Positions 20,268 to 30,010 of a stretch of DNA of 64,000 nt are shown piece after piece (within the stretch, counting starts at the first letter, position 1; each line of letters starts with the position of its first letter). The stretch comes from a virus, in IMG/VR virus record IMGVR_UViG_3300028829_003739, positions 4,253-68,252 of that record, one strand, 5' to 3'. The translations under genes were made by a program, and so were the position numbers. Below the pieces are notes generated by a model. The model was given only the letters and a program-made list of their open reading frames with translations, ran no database searches and was not told the DNA's origin.

Positions 20268-22106
20268 ATGTGTGATATTGCTGTTAAGTATAAATCAAAA
20301 TGTGATGGTGTTGAATACTTTAAATCAATAGAAGGTTTTGATGCATCAAATTCTGAATGGCCTAGTTTAGTAGATCTTATAGCTAATAATTGTCCTGGTG
20401 ATATAATAAGTATTACTACACAAATACAAGGTCAGCCAGATAGCATAAATGAACAAGCAGCAGAAGTAATAGCATGGTCTACACGATGTGACGGACCTAT
20501 ACTTCCTTGTTTAACAGTAAATGCCGATAATACAGGTGCAGAAATAATAGGTGATACGTCAGGTCCAGTAGCATTTAATAGTTATGCGGGACCGTTTTAT
20601 AAATTAACACCTTGTGATTTTGAGGTTGATGAAAAAACATATTATTTTGAAAATAATGCTTTAGATTTTTATGTTGGTAGAACAATATCATATACAATAT
20701 CTGATTCTGCAAAAATATGCGGTACAGTATCTTTAGTAGATTGTGTACCAGAAGGCGAACCTATAAAAGAAATTACATGGATAAGTATTATAGACTACTA
20801 TACAGATTGTGAAACTTGTAAAGACATACCTGTAATAACTGAAGAAAAAAAAGTAAAAAGAAGATCAGTAAAACCTGGTTATAATACACCGGGATGTCCT
20901 CCTGAATATTATGATAAAACAAGTTGTAAATTTGGAGAAGCTCAGTTTCAAGAAGTAGCTAACAAAAGATACGGTATTGAATTTTGCTGTGACCCTGATC
21001 AACAGAAGTGGGAAATAAAAAAAGAATTACTTGATTTAGCAGCAGCTAAAGATCCGGATATATGTGAAACCATTTGCCCTACACCTGAAGAAGAATGTAG
21101 TACTAAATGCTTAAATATTGTTGACTGTTTTACAGCTAATCAATTTGGATTATTTCTATCAATGGGTGACTTACAATTATCACCAATAACAGATTATATA
21201 AATTCATATCAAACAAGTAATCCTACAGCGTATGCTCAAATGATGGAGTCTTACGAATGTATTACAGAAACTGATTATTGCGTATCAGGAATATGCTATT
21301 ATACTTTAAGCTGTTATCAAAATATGCATGAAAGTTTAACAGGTATAACGTCTGAGATACAGGTTTGTAGAGCAGAAGCTGATTATAATGAAACAACACA
21401 ACAAGATGAGTATGAGAAAACTATACAAGATATACAGCAATGTATAAAAGAACAAGAAAGCACACAAGAAGAAATTGATAATCTTAATGAGGAGCTTGCA
21501 AATTTACAAGCTCAATTAGCTGTAGCAACAGACCCTGTTGAAATTGCTGAATTAGAGCAAGAAATAGCGGCTGTACAGGAGCAGATTGATTCACTTGAAG
21601 CTTATATAGCAGCTGTAATAGAAGAATGTGGTGGAAATATTACACAACTTCAACAACAGCTTATTGATATTACTTTAATAAGACAAATTGTAAATGCTGG
21701 TTATCAATATATGAGGCAATGGTTAGATAATTTACTTGCGTATTTATCAAAACTAAGAGATAGAATTCAAGAAACCTATCAAGGTGCTTCTAATTATACA
21801 TGTTGTGATCTATATCCGATTATATGTGGTAATTCTACAATTACTTTTACAGGATGTAGCGGTAATGAATTAACTGTTCCATTAGGAGCCATAAATAGAA
21901 AGGTTTATTATAAGGAAGGAACAACTATTACATTTAATAATCCTGACTATGCTACAGCAATTATAGCAATTGTTGAATCACCTACTCCTCCATTAACATT
22001 TAATGAATTTGCAAATCAAATATTTACATGGGATGACGAATGTGTTTCATCAAGTTGTTCAGATGACCCTAATCCACCTTATGATCCAGGAGCAAATCCT
22101 GCATAA
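20268..22106 (+). CDS. Cys-rich structural protein with acidic coiled coil
   Basis: Many Cys, the motif YTDCETC..PGY.TPGC..RYGI.FCC, and a heptad segment at about aa 380-460. Confidence 0.55.
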   Translation: MCDIAVKYKSKCDGVEYFKSIEGFDASNSEWPSLVDLIANNCPGDIISITTQIQGQPDSINEQAAEVIAWSTRCDGPILPCLTVNADNTGAEIIGDTSGPVAFNSYAGPFYKLTPCDFEVDEKTYYFENNALDFYVGRTISYTISDSAKICGTVSLVDCVPEGEPIKEITWISIIDYYTDCETCKDIPVITEEKKVKRRSVKPGYNTPGCPPEYYDKTSCKFGEAQFQEVANKRYGIEFCCDPDQQKWEIKKELLDLAAAKDPDICETICPTPEEECSTKCLNIVDCFTANQFGLFLSMGDLQLSPITDYINSYQTSNPTAYAQMMESYECITETDYCVSGICYYTLSCYQNMHESLTGITSEIQVCRAEADYNETTQQDEYEKTIQDIQQCIKEQESTQEEIDNLNEELANLQAQLAVATDPVEIAELEQEIAAVQEQIDSLEAYIAAVIEECGGNITQLQQQLIDITLIRQIVNAGYQYMRQWLDNLLAYLSKLRDRIQETYQGASNYTCCDLYPIICGNSTITFTGCSGNELTVPLGAINRKVYYKEGTTITFNNPDYATAIIAIVESPTPPLTFNEFANQIFTWDDECVSSSCSDDPNPPYDPGANPA

Positions 22107-22121
22107 ATTGTATGAGTGAAA

Positions 22122-22141
22122 AAAATTAACTATATTATATA
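22122..22141 (+). promoter_or_regulatory. Phage promoter motif (AAAATTAACTATATTATATA)
   Basis: Recurrent motif upstream of ORF 22170. Confidence 0.6.
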
Positions 22142-22169
22142 TAAGGACTTTGAAAAAAAATAAGAATAA

Positions 22170-23033
22170 ATGAAACCTATTAATAACAACGAAGAGGGAT
22201 GTTCTCCAATATCATCAAATTGTGTGATATGGCAAGGTCCTGACATAGATTGTATAAATTTATGTAAAGGAGATACTGTAAGTGATGTTGTACATAAACT
22301 TGCAACTGAATTATGTGCAATATTAGATGGAACAAACGTAACTGTATATGATTTAAGCTGTTTAGATTTGATACAGCAAGATCCGCCAACATTCCAAGCT
22401 CTTATACAATTATTAATAGATAAGATTTGTCAATTAGAAAATATTAATCCAGATCCTGATACAAAAGCAGGTAGTGTATGTCCTGATCAATGTATAGTGC
22501 AGCTTGCACAGTGTTTACAGTATACTGATAATCTTGGTAATTTAGTTACTACTTTACCTTTAAAAGATTACGTTATACTTGTAGGTAATAAGATTTGTGA
22601 TATACTTACTAGTATTGATACTATAAACTTAGAGTTGGCTAATCATGAAACAAGAATTGCAACTCTAGAAGATTATTTTCCTTTACCTCCAGTAACACTT
22701 CCACAAGTAACACCACAATGCGTTACTTCTAATCCAGGAACAGCACAAGAAATAGATGCTGTATTAACTGATTTAGAAGCAGCATTCTGTAACTTAAGAG
22801 AAGTTCTGGGAGGTGCTACTCCTGACGCAACAATATTGAATGCTATTAATTCAATGTGTCAAGATTTAAGTACACAAACATCACTTTTAGATCCTAATAT
22901 ACCAATGTCAAATCTTACTACTGGTACTAACGGTAGTATAGGATGGACAGTTACTCCAAGTAATTTAGCACAATCATTTACAAATGCTTGGATTACTATC
23001 TGTGATTTAAGAAATGCTGTAACACAGAAATGA
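22170..23033 (+). CDS. Cys-rich fibre protein, N-terminal part
   Basis: CSPISSNCVIWQGPDI.C..LC.GD motif and short helical repeats ending in 'IC'. Confidence 0.55.
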   Translation: MKPINNNEEGCSPISSNCVIWQGPDIDCINLCKGDTVSDVVHKLATELCAILDGTNVTVYDLSCLDLIQQDPPTFQALIQLLIDKICQLENINPDPDTKAGSVCPDQCIVQLAQCLQYTDNLGNLVTTLPLKDYVILVGNKICDILTSIDTINLELANHETRIATLEDYFPLPPVTLPQVTPQCVTSNPGTAQEIDAVLTDLEAAFCNLREVLGGATPDATILNAINSMCQDLSTQTSLLDPNIPMSNLTTGTNGSIGWTVTPSNLAQSFTNAWITICDLRNAVTQK

Positions 23034-23647
23034 TTAACTCAACTCAAATGAGGTTAATATTCTCTGGTAATATACCTAGTAATTATGCTGATACTAATAC
23101 AGCATCAACAATTGTTATTACGGATACTGTAACTGGATTAAGCATGACATTAAATAGTGTTACTATTATATCTAGTTATTATTCTACAAATACACCATAT
23201 ATTGTTACGTTAGCAAATGGTATTAGTGGAACAAATAATATGACTGTAGCTACTACTTTACAAGCAACAGATCCAGAATTAGGTAATGAGTGTGTTATTC
23301 AAGATCAAACGTTAGCGTTAGGTGCTGATGCTTGTCCAACATTAACTATACAACCTTCATTTGAATCAGTACAAGTAGATTTTACATGGACAGGAGCAAC
23401 ACCAACAGTAATGACTGCAAAAGTATATGACGCATCAGGAACTACTTTACAAGCTAGTTTACAATTTACCGTAAGTACTTCAGCTGGAACAGTTACAATA
23501 AATAACTTAGTTCAAGGAACTGATTATAAATTTGAATTAGTAATAAACGGTAACGCTTGTCCACAAGAAGCTTTTACAACTTTATTAGAAAATTGTAATC
23601 CACCTACTAACGTAAGTGCTACTTCTTTACAAGAATCACCTGCATAA
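23030..23647 (+). CDS. Fibronectin type III-like fibre protein (possibly the C-terminal part of the previous gene)
   Basis: V.FTW..TI.NLVQGTDY.FEL FN3 pattern and an ATGA overlap with the previous ORF. Confidence 0.55.
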   Translation: MINSTQMRLIFSGNIPSNYADTNTASTIVITDTVTGLSMTLNSVTIISSYYSTNTPYIVTLANGISGTNNMTVATTLQATDPELGNECVIQDQTLALGADACPTLTIQPSFESVQVDFTWTGATPTVMTAKVYDASGTTLQASLQFTVSTSAGTVTINNLVQGTDYKFELVINGNACPQEAFTTLLENCNPPTNVSATSLQESPA

Positions 23648-23658
23648 AATAAAAAGAA

Positions 23659-24186
23659 ATGAGTAACGACTGTAAACATAAAAATCCATGTGGCTGTAAT
23701 GATTCAGCACAAACTACACCACCTCCTTGTAATGAAGCTGCTCCTTGTACAGGAGAGCCTTGTTCAGAGGTATTTTGTCAAGAGTGTATATCATATTGCA
23801 ATGACACTTTTTCTATTGATTTAGGAGGAGCATCACCGTTTACTATAAGTCAAGGTGATAGATTAGATTATATATTGCAAAAACTACTTATACAATTATC
23901 AGGAGCTGCAAACTGTATTAACACTGCAGCACTAGCATTACATTCTACTTTAATTTTAGAAGATCAAATAGATATTGAATGGATAGGATCTGCAGCTGAT
24001 CAATATAAAGTAACTTACAAAGATGTGAGTACTGGCGTATCAGTTGATAGTCCAAATTTAGCAGTAGGAGTAAGTTCTTATTCTATACAAGGGTTAGTAC
24101 CTGCATCTACATATGAAATATTGGTTACTAATTTAACTGATAATTGTGAGTCAGTTACTATTACAGTTACAACTAAAACTACATAA
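23659..24186 (+). CDS. Cys-rich protein with C-terminal FN3 domain
   Basis: Cys-rich N-terminus. I.W....Y.V.YK....Y.IQGLVPASTYEILV is an FN3 signature. Confidence 0.65.
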   Translation: MSNDCKHKNPCGCNDSAQTTPPPCNEAAPCTGEPCSEVFCQECISYCNDTFSIDLGGASPFTISQGDRLDYILQKLLIQLSGAANCINTAALALHSTLILEDQIDIEWIGSAADQYKVTYKDVSTGVSVDSPNLAVGVSSYSIQGLVPASTYEILVTNLTDNCESVTITVTTKTT

Positions 24187-24187
24187 G

Positions 24188-25264
24188 ATGAGTAATCCGC
24201 AAATACCATTATATAATAGACTTTATATACAATACACTCCTCAGTCAACTGAGGTGCACTATATAGGATATAGAATACAAGGTTCAGGTGATGATTATAT
24301 TGTTGACTCTGAATCAGCCACTAGCGGGAATGCAGAAACTTATAATACATTTATAAGTGCTAATACATACTGTGGTGATGTTGTAATAGAATACTGGGTA
24401 GTGCCTGAATGCGGGTATAACCCTGAAGTAATTCCACCTACACATCCTTCAGCTGTATTTGGTACAGTTACATTTAATCAAGTAGAAGCAGAATGTGGTA
24501 ATAAAGTTTATGATCTTAAATATGTAGCTACAGATCCTCCATCTAATAATGTTCCTATTGATGTTATAAACTGCAAAGGTGCTGAACCTACTTTTTTAAC
24601 TAATGTTAATTATGTAACAAATGAATCATCTACTTTATGTATAGATCCTTTAGTAGCAGCAAAACTTGATTTAGATCCTACTTATGAAGTGACTCTTTTA
24701 GAAGACAATCCTTGTGAATGTTCTTGCTATGATATTATTAGAGTATATAACACAGAACCTGATGGTGCTGAAGGAGAAAAAGCAAAGATAGTTTACGTAA
24801 AATATGTAGAAAACTTTTTTAGTCCTACTGTTTCAGAAACTGATCAATCTGTATTATTTGCCGTAGATGTACCTTATGGTGTAGGAAATGCTATAGAGTT
24901 AAAAATAATTCCAGGTAGTTATAAGTTAGCTTATGATCACGGTGTTGTTATTGTAGATCAAATAGGAGATTGTAATAATGCAACACTTTGCGGAATTGGG
25001 CCAGTATTGACTCCTATTCAAATGTCTGCTAGTTACTGTGGTGGTCCAACTCCACCTGTTTCAGTAGATATGACTTTAAATGAATTGTCTGGATATACGT
25101 ATACTTATTATACAACAGCAAAGTATGCTACAGAAATACCAAATGCTACAGTATCTTGGGCACAAGCATCTAATATTGAGATTATAGCATATGCAATATT
25201 AATTAATGATACTACTGGTTGTGAATATAGAAGACCTATTTATGCAGAAGTACTAGCTTGCTAA
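24188..25264 (+). CDS. Putative fibre/receptor-binding protein
   Basis: Likely start is ATG 24188. Beta-rich and Cys-containing. N-terminus resembles the next ORF (YTPQST.VH.I vs FTPNTS.DH.I; NTYCGD vs NGYCDS). Confidence 0.5.
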   Translation: MSNPQIPLYNRLYIQYTPQSTEVHYIGYRIQGSGDDYIVDSESATSGNAETYNTFISANTYCGDVVIEYWVVPECGYNPEVIPPTHPSAVFGTVTFNQVEAECGNKVYDLKYVATDPPSNNVPIDVINCKGAEPTFLTNVNYVTNESSTLCIDPLVAAKLDLDPTYEVTLLEDNPCECSCYDIIRVYNTEPDGAEGEKAKIVYVKYVENFFSPTVSETDQSVLFAVDVPYGVGNAIELKIIPGSYKLAYDHGVVIVDQIGDCNNATLCGIGPVLTPIQMSASYCGGPTPPVSVDMTLNELSGYTYTYYTTAKYATEIPNATVSWAQASNIEIIAYAILINDTTGCEYRRPIYAEVLAC

Positions 25265-25276
25265 AACATTTAAAAT

Positions 25277-26662
25277 ATGACACTTATAAACGAATCTCAA
25301 GATTTTTGTAGCGAAACAGTAGTAATACAAGTTACTTTTACACCTAATACATCAGGTGATCATACTATAGATATTGACGGTGGTACACCTGTTATACACG
25401 ATGTTGCATTAATAGATGTTGGTACTCCTGTTACCGTAAATGCAAATTATATTAGCGTAAATGGTTACTGTGATTCAACAACTATAACAGGTAATGTATT
25501 TGCAAATTGTGATCCTGAAACTGAAGTACCATTTAGTGTTATAATACCTGTACAAACAGAAGATTGTAGAAATGGTGCTATAGTAGGAGAAGGTATGTAT
25601 CCTATTAGAACTGTAGATATTATTAATGGTGGTGCAGGATATAATAACGGAGGATCAACTACATACACTAATGTTCCTGTTATAGCTTATGATATCTCAA
25701 ACGCATTGCATGGTACAGGATTTTTATTAAATCTTGTTATACAAAGTGGTGTAATAGTTACTGCAACTGTAGCAGCAATAGGTGATGGTTATGCGCCTGT
25801 TGATTGGGCAACATCACCTATTACTGTAGGTTTTCAACCAGATCCTGCAGTAGTAGGTACTCCAACTACAATAGCAAGAATAGAAGGTAACTTTAATAGT
25901 GGTGATGCATATACTTTACCTATTGATTTAGCAGGATCTTCATGTGAACCTGGCACAGGTCAAACAGATTTAATAATAGAACAATCATATCAAGACTTTA
26001 TAAAATTTACTGGGTGTATAGATACTGACACATTACCATATGATTTAGATTTTAGTGGCAAACAACCGATAAATAATTGCTGTTGCATGGAATGTAAAGT
26101 AGGTGTTGTTATTGTAGAAGATATAGCCAGCGGATCAGGAACAATGTTTTTTCAAGATTACGGTACTAGAAAAATACTTACAAGAGATTTTGATAATCAA
26201 CTATCAGACGTTTATATATTTGCTAATAATACATATTATGAAAAATTTGACACAACAAATGATATTATAGATCAATCATTATATTTAGGTAATCATAGTG
26301 CTAATAACGGATCAAGATTAATAGATAGTAATGGAGCATTATGTGTAGGAAATATACATTATGCTGACTGTGATGGTCCGGAAGTATTTAATGGTAATAT
26401 AGTTGAGTGTTCTAATACAGGAGTTTCTGCATCATATGATTTAGCTAGTATGGGAGGAGATATTGCACCATTTGATCCATCTCCAACATTTGAATTCTAT
26501 GATGATTACACTTTAACAACTCCAATAAGTAATACTTCATCATATCAAAATAGTGTTAATAGAAAACTTATAATTGTTGTGACAACAGGCGCAAATGGTA
26601 AAAAATCTATAAGTAGATTAAGTTTACAATATCAAACACCTTGTCCTCCTGCAGAGTCATAA
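25277..26662 (+). CDS. Putative tail fibre/receptor-binding protein
   Basis: V.IINGGAGY and V.AIGDGY fibre-type repeats. N-terminus appears paralogous to ORF 24188. Confidence 0.55.
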   Translation: MTLINESQDFCSETVVIQVTFTPNTSGDHTIDIDGGTPVIHDVALIDVGTPVTVNANYISVNGYCDSTTITGNVFANCDPETEVPFSVIIPVQTEDCRNGAIVGEGMYPIRTVDIINGGAGYNNGGSTTYTNVPVIAYDISNALHGTGFLLNLVIQSGVIVTATVAAIGDGYAPVDWATSPITVGFQPDPAVVGTPTTIARIEGNFNSGDAYTLPIDLAGSSCEPGTGQTDLIIEQSYQDFIKFTGCIDTDTLPYDLDFSGKQPINNCCCMECKVGVVIVEDIASGSGTMFFQDYGTRKILTRDFDNQLSDVYIFANNTYYEKFDTTNDIIDQSLYLGNHSANNGSRLIDSNGALCVGNIHYADCDGPEVFNGNIVECSNTGVSASYDLASMGGDIAPFDPSPTFEFYDDYTLTTPISNTSSYQNSVNRKLIIVVTTGANGKKSISRLSLQYQTPCPPAES

Positions 26663-26677
26663 AAATATACAAAAAGA

Positions 26678-26750
26678 AGTCATAGTTTGTTGGTTTTACT
26701 GTGATTGACAACGGGGGATCTAAGAATTTTTTCTTAGGTCCCTTTTTATT
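26678..26750 (+). ncRNA. Candidate small RNA: stem-loop displaying UUGUUGGUUUU followed by terminator
   Basis: Stem AGTCATAGT(26678-86)/ACTGTGATT(26698-706) with two G-U pairs and an 11-nt loop complementary to the AAAACCAACAA leader motif. Confidence 0.45.
26713..26750 (+). terminator. Intrinsic terminator
   Basis: GGGATCTAAGAA-loop-TTCTTAGGTCCC followed by TTTTTATT. Confidence 0.85.
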
Positions 26751-26811
26751 TTATATTATTTTATACTTGTGATATAGTATTTTCATTAACTTAACGTGTT
26801 GTAGAAATCAG

Positions 26812-26833
26812 AAAAATTAACTATATTATATTA
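26812..26833 (+). promoter_or_regulatory. Phage promoter motif (AAAAATTAACTATATTATATTA)
   Basis: Near-identical to the copy at 22122. Confidence 0.65.
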
Positions 26834-26844
26834 AGAGTAGTTTT

Positions 26845-27429
26845 ATGAAAAAGATGCGTATTCCTGACTTAAAAGCCCCTAGATTTAAGCAAAGCTATAC
26901 AAGTATAGTTAATAAAGATACTATAGCTGAGTTTAATAGGAGGTATCCTGAATATGGAAATTTAACATATAGTGAATTTAAAAACATTATATCAACTTAT
27001 AATGGGCTACTTGTAAAAGGTATTATAGATAATAGAAATGGTGTTGAATTACCAGACGGTTTAGGATACATTTTTTTAGGAACATGTCCTAAAGCTAAGA
27101 AACAAAATATTGATTATAGAAGTTCTATAGAAAACGGATTTGTAACAGAACACAAAAATTGGGATTCTGATAATAAACTTCTTAAAATATTTTATAGCAA
27201 CTATGAAGCTAAGTATCCTTTTAAACATAAAGATGTTTGGACATTTACTGCTGTAAGGCAATTCAAAAGAGAAGCATCTAAAGCTTATAAAGAAAATTGG
27301 GCTAAGTACATTGAGGTATCTCCTAAAAAGAAAATATCTAAAATGTATGATAGATACAGAAAAAAAGAATATGTCAAAAATCTTAAGCCTATAGTGCCTG
27401 AAGATTATGACGAATTTAAATTAGATTGA
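26845..27429 (+). CDS. IHF/HU-like protein of the crAss tail module
   Basis: Basic, with I...N..L...II....GVELPDGLGYIFL. It precedes the tail ring genes as in crAss-like phages. Confidence 0.55.
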   Translation: MKKMRIPDLKAPRFKQSYTSIVNKDTIAEFNRRYPEYGNLTYSEFKNIISTYNGLLVKGIIDNRNGVELPDGLGYIFLGTCPKAKKQNIDYRSSIENGFVTEHKNWDSDNKLLKIFYSNYEAKYPFKHKDVWTFTAVRQFKREASKAYKENWAKYIEVSPKKKISKMYDRYRKKEYVKNLKPIVPEDYDEFKLD

Positions 27430-27430
27430 A

Positions 27431-28105
27431 ATGACTAAAGTTAGCGAAACTATATCAAGAGTACGTAATGTACTTAAAGCTGTAAAAGAAGATCCGTTTA
27501 TGACGGACCGTTTTATTTATAGCATAATAATGAAACATTCAAAAACTTTAATTAAAAGAGAATCTGATAGAACAAACTTATTTAAGTATGTAAGCTTATT
27601 TACTGAAATACCATGTGTAGATTTAATTGAAGTAGATAAAGTAGATGCTTGCTGTATAGGAATTAAAACAGGATGTACTTTTAAAAGAAGTAAAGAAGAA
27701 TTACCTAAACTATTTAATCTTAGCACAGGACCTGTAATAAAACATATCTCATCTCTAGATTACTCTGAAGGACTTACAGAAACACAACCTGAATTATACA
27801 CTACTCTTACAAAGTCATCAAGCTTTAAATATAATAAGGCTAAGTATTTCTGGATAGTAGACAACTACTTATACATTCCTAACGTAGAATGGGATGCTGT
27901 AAGAATGCACGCAATGTTTGATCAAGATATTTCTGCAAGCTTATGTGGCATTAATGCAAGTGATTGCGTAAAAGAACAAGATAGAGAATTAGCTGTTCCT
28001 GATTATTTGTTTTCTGAAGTAGAACAATTAACAATAACAGAAATATTAACTGCAGGTCAAGTACCATCTGATGGTGCTGATGATAGCCAAAACGTATTGA
28101 GATAA
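27431..28105 (+). CDS. Tail ring/tubular protein
   Basis: RS...LP, YFWIVDNYLYI and VPDYL...VE patterns, plus position. Confidence 0.55.
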   Translation: MTKVSETISRVRNVLKAVKEDPFMTDRFIYSIIMKHSKTLIKRESDRTNLFKYVSLFTEIPCVDLIEVDKVDACCIGIKTGCTFKRSKEELPKLFNLSTGPVIKHISSLDYSEGLTETQPELYTTLTKSSSFKYNKAKYFWIVDNYLYIPNVEWDAVRMHAMFDQDISASLCGINASDCVKEQDRELAVPDYLFSEVEQLTITEILTAGQVPSDGADDSQNVLR

Positions 28106-28290
28106 TGGCAGCAAAAAAGAAAAAAACAACTGCTAAAAAAAAGAGTACAGTAAACTCAGCAGGTAACTACACAAAACCTGGATTGAGAAAAAGAATCTTT
28201 AATCAAATTAAAGCAGGAAGCAAAGGCGGTAGGCCTGGACAATGGTCTGCCCGTAAAGCACAAATGCTTGCAAAAAAATATAAAGCTTAA
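28105..28290 (+). CDS. Small basic protein
   Basis: Lys-rich, YTKP.LR..I...IKAGSKGG.PGQWSARKAQ.LAK.YK motif. Confidence 0.7.
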   Translation: MAAKKKKTTAKKKSTVNSAGNYTKPGLRKRIFNQIKAGSKGGRPGQWSARKAQMLAKKYKA

Positions 28291-28315
28291 ACATTAACAA
28301 TTGAAACTAGAAATC

Positions 28316-28474
28316 ATGGGGAAAAAGTGTATAACAACAGGACTAAAAAATACTAAGTCAATAACTAAGTATATGAGTGGAGGAGCAGTAACTAAAAAAG
28401 CTAGCTCTTACAGAAGCGGTGGAGAAGCTGGTGCAAAGGCACTTGCAAAAGCATTAAAAGCTAAAGGTTATTAA
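28316..28474 (+). CDS. Small basic protein (52 aa, not in ORF track)
   Basis: MGKKCITTGLKNTKSITKYMSGGAVTKKASSYRSGGEAGAKALAKALKAKGY. It fills the gap between two basic ORFs. Confidence 0.65.
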   Translation: MGKKCITTGLKNTKSITKYMSGGAVTKKASSYRSGGEAGAKALAKALKAKGY

Positions 28475-28476
28475 AA

Positions 28477-28719
28477 ATGGCTAAAAAGAAGCAACAGAAA
28501 AGTTTAGATAGATGGACAAAACAGAAGTGGAGAACTGCTTCAGGTAAAAAGTCTTCTAAAACAGGAGAAGTATATGCTCCTGCAAAAACTATTGCTAAGT
28601 TAAAAAGTACAGCAGCAGGTAGAAAAAAACTTGCTGCTGCTAATAAAAAGAAAAGAGCCGCAACTAAAAAAGGTAAACAACATGCTAAGCATGGTTTACA
28701 TAAAAAGAAAAAAAGATAA
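28477..28719 (+). CDS. Small basic protein
   Basis: SLDRWTKQKWRT..GK.S..TGE.Y.P motif, very Lys-rich. Confidence 0.7.
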   Translation: MAKKKQQKSLDRWTKQKWRTASGKKSSKTGEVYAPAKTIAKLKSTAAGRKKLAAANKKKRAATKKGKQHAKHGLHKKKKR

Positions 28720-28720
28720 T

Positions 28721-28987
28721 ATGGCTAAAAAGAAAGATAGTAGATTAACTAAAGCAGGTGTATCTGGATATAATAAACCTAAGAGAACTCCTAGTCATAA
28801 AACTAAGTCACATGTAGTTGTAGCTAAAGTAGGTGATAAAGTTAAAACTATAAGGTTTGGTCAACAAGGTGTTTCGGGAGATAGAAAAAAAACTAAAAGA
28901 TCTGATGCATTTAAAGCAAGACATGCTAAGAATATTAAAAAGGGTAAAATGTCTGCTGCTTACTGGGCTAATAGAGTCAAGTGGTAG
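28721..28987 (+). CDS. Small basic protein
   Basis: Likely start is ATG 28721 (MAKKKDSRL). VKTIRFGQQG...FKARH...SAAYWA..VKW motif. Confidence 0.7.
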   Translation: MAKKKDSRLTKAGVSGYNKPKRTPSHKTKSHVVVAKVGDKVKTIRFGQQGVSGDRKKTKRSDAFKARHAKNIKKGKMSAAYWANRVKW

Positions 28988-29005
28988 AAAATAAATTTAT
29001 AAAGA

Positions 29006-29992
29006 ATGAGTTATAATTATACATTAAAATATAGAACTTTTGATACATTGCTTGCTGATGTAGCAAATGATTTTAAAAAGTATCAGTTACAAGATATAAT
29101 TGATCCTAGTGATACTATTAAGGTCGCTAGAAGAGTTAATTATGATTTAGGTCTTAGGATATATAAAACTAATGAAGTTGTCTTAGAAGTAGAAAAAAAC
29201 AGAGTAAGGCTTCCAAATGATTTTTACGTATTAAACTTTGCGTTAGCATGTGCTAACTATGAAGCTAAAGTTTATCATCCTCAAGGAACTCATATTGAAG
29301 AAAAAGTAGTAGGCGGAGCACCTGTATATCAAACAGCACCTCCAGAAGTGATTGACTTCTGTGAAACTCCACCAACTCCTATAACACCGGTTAATCCTTG
29401 TACAGATCCATGTGCTCAATGCGGTACAGTTTCTACTACTTGTGAACCATGTAACACTTGTTGTGCTAATCCAGATTCATGCAGTTTAGATTGTAAAGGT
29501 AATGTAGTACAACTTGTACAAGTTCTTAGTTATGAAACTAGAAGGTATAAAGAAGTCTTACCTATTAGAATTAAAATGAACCCTGAAACAATTGATGAAG
29601 GTTGTCCTAATCTACATTGGAATTCAGAAATAACAGCATATATAAAAGACGGTTGGTTATATACAAGCTTTGAAACAGGCCATGTATATATAAATTACCA
29701 AGGTCATTTAGAAGATAATGAAGGTAACTTATTAGTGCCTGATCATGAAGCTATTAATGAATACTATGAATATGCATTAAAGCAAAGGATTATTGAAAAT
29801 CTCATCATGAACGATGAAGAAGTTAATCCTAGCAAAATACAATTAATAGAACAAAGATATAGAGCTGCTAGAAATAACGCGTTAAGTATAGTAAATACTC
29901 CTAACTTTGCTGAACTAAGAGATTTATATTATGCTAATAGAAAAGCTATGCATGCAAAATATTATAATATGTTTAGTAGTTTTTCAAGATAA
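29006..29992 (+). CDS. Tail tubular/ring protein with Cys-rich insertion
   Basis: LP.DF, Y.KDG.LYTSF..G.VYINY and LLVPD patterns of ring proteins. It precedes the muzzle gene. Confidence 0.6.
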   Translation: MSYNYTLKYRTFDTLLADVANDFKKYQLQDIIDPSDTIKVARRVNYDLGLRIYKTNEVVLEVEKNRVRLPNDFYVLNFALACANYEAKVYHPQGTHIEEKVVGGAPVYQTAPPEVIDFCETPPTPITPVNPCTDPCAQCGTVSTTCEPCNTCCANPDSCSLDCKGNVVQLVQVLSYETRRYKEVLPIRIKMNPETIDEGCPNLHWNSEITAYIKDGWLYTSFETGHVYINYQGHLEDNEGNLLVPDHEAINEYYEYALKQRIIENLIMNDEEVNPSKIQLIEQRYRAARNNALSIVNTPNFAELRDLYYANRKAMHAKYYNMFSSFSR

Positions 29993-30010
29993 TATAGAAA
30001 TAGAAGATAT

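Noticed and set aside
26657-26697. Minus-strand reading AAAACCAACAAACTATG followed by an 8-codon ORF
   Set aside because: It is too short, and the G-U pairs and terminator polarity favour a plus-strand RNA. It cannot be fully excluded.
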